DNA of 40,064 nucleotides from Bigelowiella natans CCMP2755 (Eukaryota; Protista; Cercozoa), in contig ADNK01000406.1 in the NCBI GenBank assembly GCA_000320545.1, positions 1-40,064 of the forward strand. The letters are read 5' to 3'. The position numbers and the translations under genes were made by a program. Below, one piece after another: positions 36,949 through 40,064 of this stretch (positions are counted from its first letter, which is position 1; each line of letters starts with the position of its first letter). The notes under the pieces were generated by a model. It was not told where the DNA came from and did no database searches. It saw only the letters and a list, made by a program, of their open reading frames with translations.

Positions 36949-38398
36949 TTAGATACATCCATATTCCAAGTACGGCCACATGGCTCCTGTACATTGGTTC
37001 TTCTTGCTCCATTCTTATTTGATTTGTGACTCTCGGTAGATCAACGAGAGGGAGAGCTATGTGAAGGAGTTGAAGGTCAACATTTCAGGTACAGCTGTTC
37101 TTGGTTGCTTGGGGGATGCATTGTGTGCAAATGCATTGGATGATTCGTGTTTTGTACTGATTTACACTCAACCTGGAAAGTGCTCCTCACTGGCAAACTA
37201 ATATTGCCCGATTAGATACGCAAGCTGCTCTCGAAAGCAAAAACGAAGATTTTGGATGTGATGCGGGTAGGCCACTGTACAGCAGCAGCAGCAGTAAGCG
37301 TATGGGTATCTAGTAGAATAAAAACAGAGTAGCACCCTCGCATGTTATTTGCATAGTTAGTTGCTAACAAGATGCAATTTTGGATCATGTTGCAGGGGAC
37401 CTTTGAACAGACCCTGAGGGAGGTAGCGACGTGTAATAAACTTATCATTACATATCCGTCATGGTATCTTCCCTCTTGGAGGCCATACTATTGTTGCCCT
37501 TGCTTCTTCCTACCTCCTCCTCCTCCTCCTCCTCCTCCTCCTCCTCCTCCTATTGCCTCTATAAGCACATCTGTACATGTTGTGTTTGTAGACCAAGCTG
37601 AAGCACGAGGTCGAGGTGCAGAAGTTGAAGGTTGGTAAAGCATAGGGAAGGAGGGGGTTATATAAGGAGTGGTTGAGCTTATCCGGGACCTGCTATCATG
37701 ACTTCATTTGTGGAATAATACATTATTTGCTCAATTTACTGAGAAGATACGTATTGTATAGCTAAAAATAGCGCATAATGCATCTGTCTCACGCTAATTA
37801 GGCCGAGCTTGCTGCCAAGGAGTACCCCAAATCCCCCGAGAAAAGAGCTCCTGGCGATGAAGGTTTTAAAATGATCAGAATCGATTATTTTTGCAGGAAA
37901 CGCGAGATGTCAGCGAAAGCGAGAGGAGTGAATATGCATTTATGGCTGAAACACAAGTCACTGGGTTCGGGATGGTGGTCGTCTTGTCACTGACCCTTCC
38001 TCTGCTTGTATCCTCGTCTTTGTCTGGTGCATTGAAAGCAGAGAAAATCCAGAGTTTGCAGAATCAGCTCAGCAAGACCAAGGTTGGTTTGTTAGTAGCC
38101 CTTCAAGAAATGCTGGCATACGCATTCAACATGTCGGGATGATGATGTGTTTCGTGCACATTAGTTGCTTCTGAAGCGTGAGAAGTCTGAGCTCACCAAA
38201 ACCCGACAGCAAACTAAGCTTGAGGTAGACGTTTCTTTCCGATAAATGGCATGCTTTTACTTTGTGCACCGCGCTCTCAACCCTTCCCATATTCATTTTT
38301 CGACAAATTTTCCTCGCCTTTGGTGGAACAGTTGTGTGCAACTTCTTTTTAAGAGGCTGAAATAAGCAATACTGGCGCCTTCTTGGCCTAACCTGCGT

Positions 38399-38439
<41 letters not shown>

Positions 38440-39896
38440 TTTTGTCAGCTACGTAAAAAGGAAATTGCTTGCGAGGCCCGAATCTGTAAGCTTGTTCAAG
38501 ATCACACGGTAAGAGAAATAACACCGACACCCCACCCAATGCGGTCATCTTTTCTGCGACCCACAAAAAAAAGATACCCAACAAGATAATAGATACACAA
38601 CTGGACAGCAGCAGCAGCAGCAGCAACAGCAATGTTTAAACAGTCAAGTCGATTAGTGGTTGATCTATTCCTCGTTAACTGCTGCTTTCCAGGAAAAGAT
38701 AACGAAGATGAAGCGAGAAATGAACGGGGTGCAGCAAGACGCACAGGTAGTATGTTTTGCACACGGAACGTACGAGCAAGGGCAATCCCAACTTTGGTAG
38801 AATTTGTGCAGCAGCATCTGTTTCAGTTCCCTTCTTAATATCTACATCTGCTGTAGCATCTCGACGGCAATTCTATTCTCTTCAGCTAAAACACCCCCCC
38901 CCCCCCCCCCTTCTTCTGTCATTAAATTGGACTACTCACTGTTCAGGATCAGATTGATTTTGCCTTCAAAGAGATTGGTAGGCTCAAGAAGGTCGGTGAA
39001 AGAAAACGAACGAGAGAAAGAATAAGGAGAAGAAGAAAAAGAGGCAGCAAATTGGGCAGAAAGAATGACTTTTCGTATCATTCAGAGTAGCAGAAACGCA
39101 TGTTTTCCTTTGCTAATGAACCGTTGGTAATTACACTGTGACTACCCCTTAGGAGAGAAGCAAGTGGAAGTACAAGGCTATCTCCAATGCGAAGAGTGAG
39201 TATCTGTACCTATGCAAAAGGAAATGAGAGAGTGCTCGAAAGCCAGCATGTGCAAGTTTCTCTTCCATCTGTAACACCCGTGCTACGTCATATACTCGTA
39301 GATATTCTTCGGACACCTCAATCTGCCGATAGAAAGGACGGCTCTTTGTCGCCTAAGGTGAAGGCTAAGACGGGCGAATCTCGTAGACGTCGGTCCTTCA
39401 CTCCACAGAGTCGAGGACGTAAGCAGTTTCGCAGCAAGAACAAGTCGTGCAAAACGCCATCGTCATTGATTCGATCCCCCCCACCGACGATGTGTTCCCC
39501 GATCTCGCAGCAATTGGCCTCGGGAAGCAATACCCCAAACAGCAGTTTCACTTCCACTGGAACGTCGAAGTCGCCTCAATTCTTTACGCCGGCTAAGAAC
39601 TTTGTGTCGCCGTTTGAACAGGTGGGTGGTGGTTCAAAATCATCATCATTTTAAATATTCTGGAAACTACTCTCTCTGTGTGTCTACAGACAGACCGAGA
39701 GAGAGAGAGAGAGAGAGAGAGTCTGAACTGCACCCTGAATCACCTACCAACGACAAAGAGATACTTGTCGTCCTGCTGCTCTGCATAATTTGAGGCACAA
39801 GCCCCTCCAAGCAGAAAAAGACAACAATTCGAAGACTACGAGCTACTCACTCGCACCAGGGAAAACATGCCAAAAAGGCACCGCTTTTTATCATAA
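28726..39896 (+). CDS. Kinesin motor protein with disordered N-terminal extension, coiled-coil stalk and Ser/Pro-rich tail (roughly 40+ exons)
   Basis: Spliced motifs: NVNVV|VRCRP (~29645-29815), FSFDQ|VY, GYNTTIFAYG|QTSSGKTHTM (P-loop, 30293-30452), SYMEIYNEKVYDLL (~31030), MNQTSSRSHS (switch I, ~31800), LNLVDLAG|SE (switch II, ~32280), INQSLSTL, HVPYRNSKLTQLLMDSL (~32930), ETISTLRYA (~33215). Start 28726 and stop 39894-39896 come from manual phase-consistent joining and are less certain than the motor domain. Confidence 0.92.
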
Positions 39897-40064
39897 GCAG
39901 TGTTAGGTTACCGGGTCCCACTTGAGATAATTTCCTTCATTTACGGAATAAACCTATAGGATACAAAACAGAGTTCGTAGGGGGGGGGGGGGAGGGAAAG
40001 AAGGAGAACTTGATGTCATCACTGAGGGATATGCTCGCACAGGGAGATCATTTTACAATCACCT

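Noticed and set aside
1-40064. Alternative genetic code, or tRNA/rRNA genes
   Set aside because: All conserved genes assemble with the standard code and ordinary splicing; no cloverleaf or rRNA-like conserved segments recognised by eye.

Overview
Intron-dense, microsatellite-rich eukaryotic nuclear DNA. A signal peptide plus Ser/Arg-rich transit-like leader on a bacterial-type GTPase suggests an alga with a complex plastid (chlorarachniophyte-like; inference). Manual splicing supports seven genes: (1) a large minus-strand protein running off the left edge, with jacalin-like and SH3-like segments; (2) a multi-pass membrane protein; (3) a probably plastid-targeted EngB/YihA GTPase with a SAM-like domain; (4) an uninterrupted cytochrome-b5-fused front-end desaturase; (5) atlastin; (6) an acidic low-complexity protein; (7) an ~11 kb, highly fragmented kinesin. 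Most short ORFs in the track are microsatellite or antisense artefacts. The most striking non-genic signal is two sharply bounded blocks flanking the desaturase (12101-12776, 15057-16366). In them TpA is almost absent except inside CTAG, and the DNA is packed with perfect palindromes. This looks like a region-targeted, RIP-opposite mutational process. Exon boundaries and counts were done by eye and need RNA-seq or computational confirmation.
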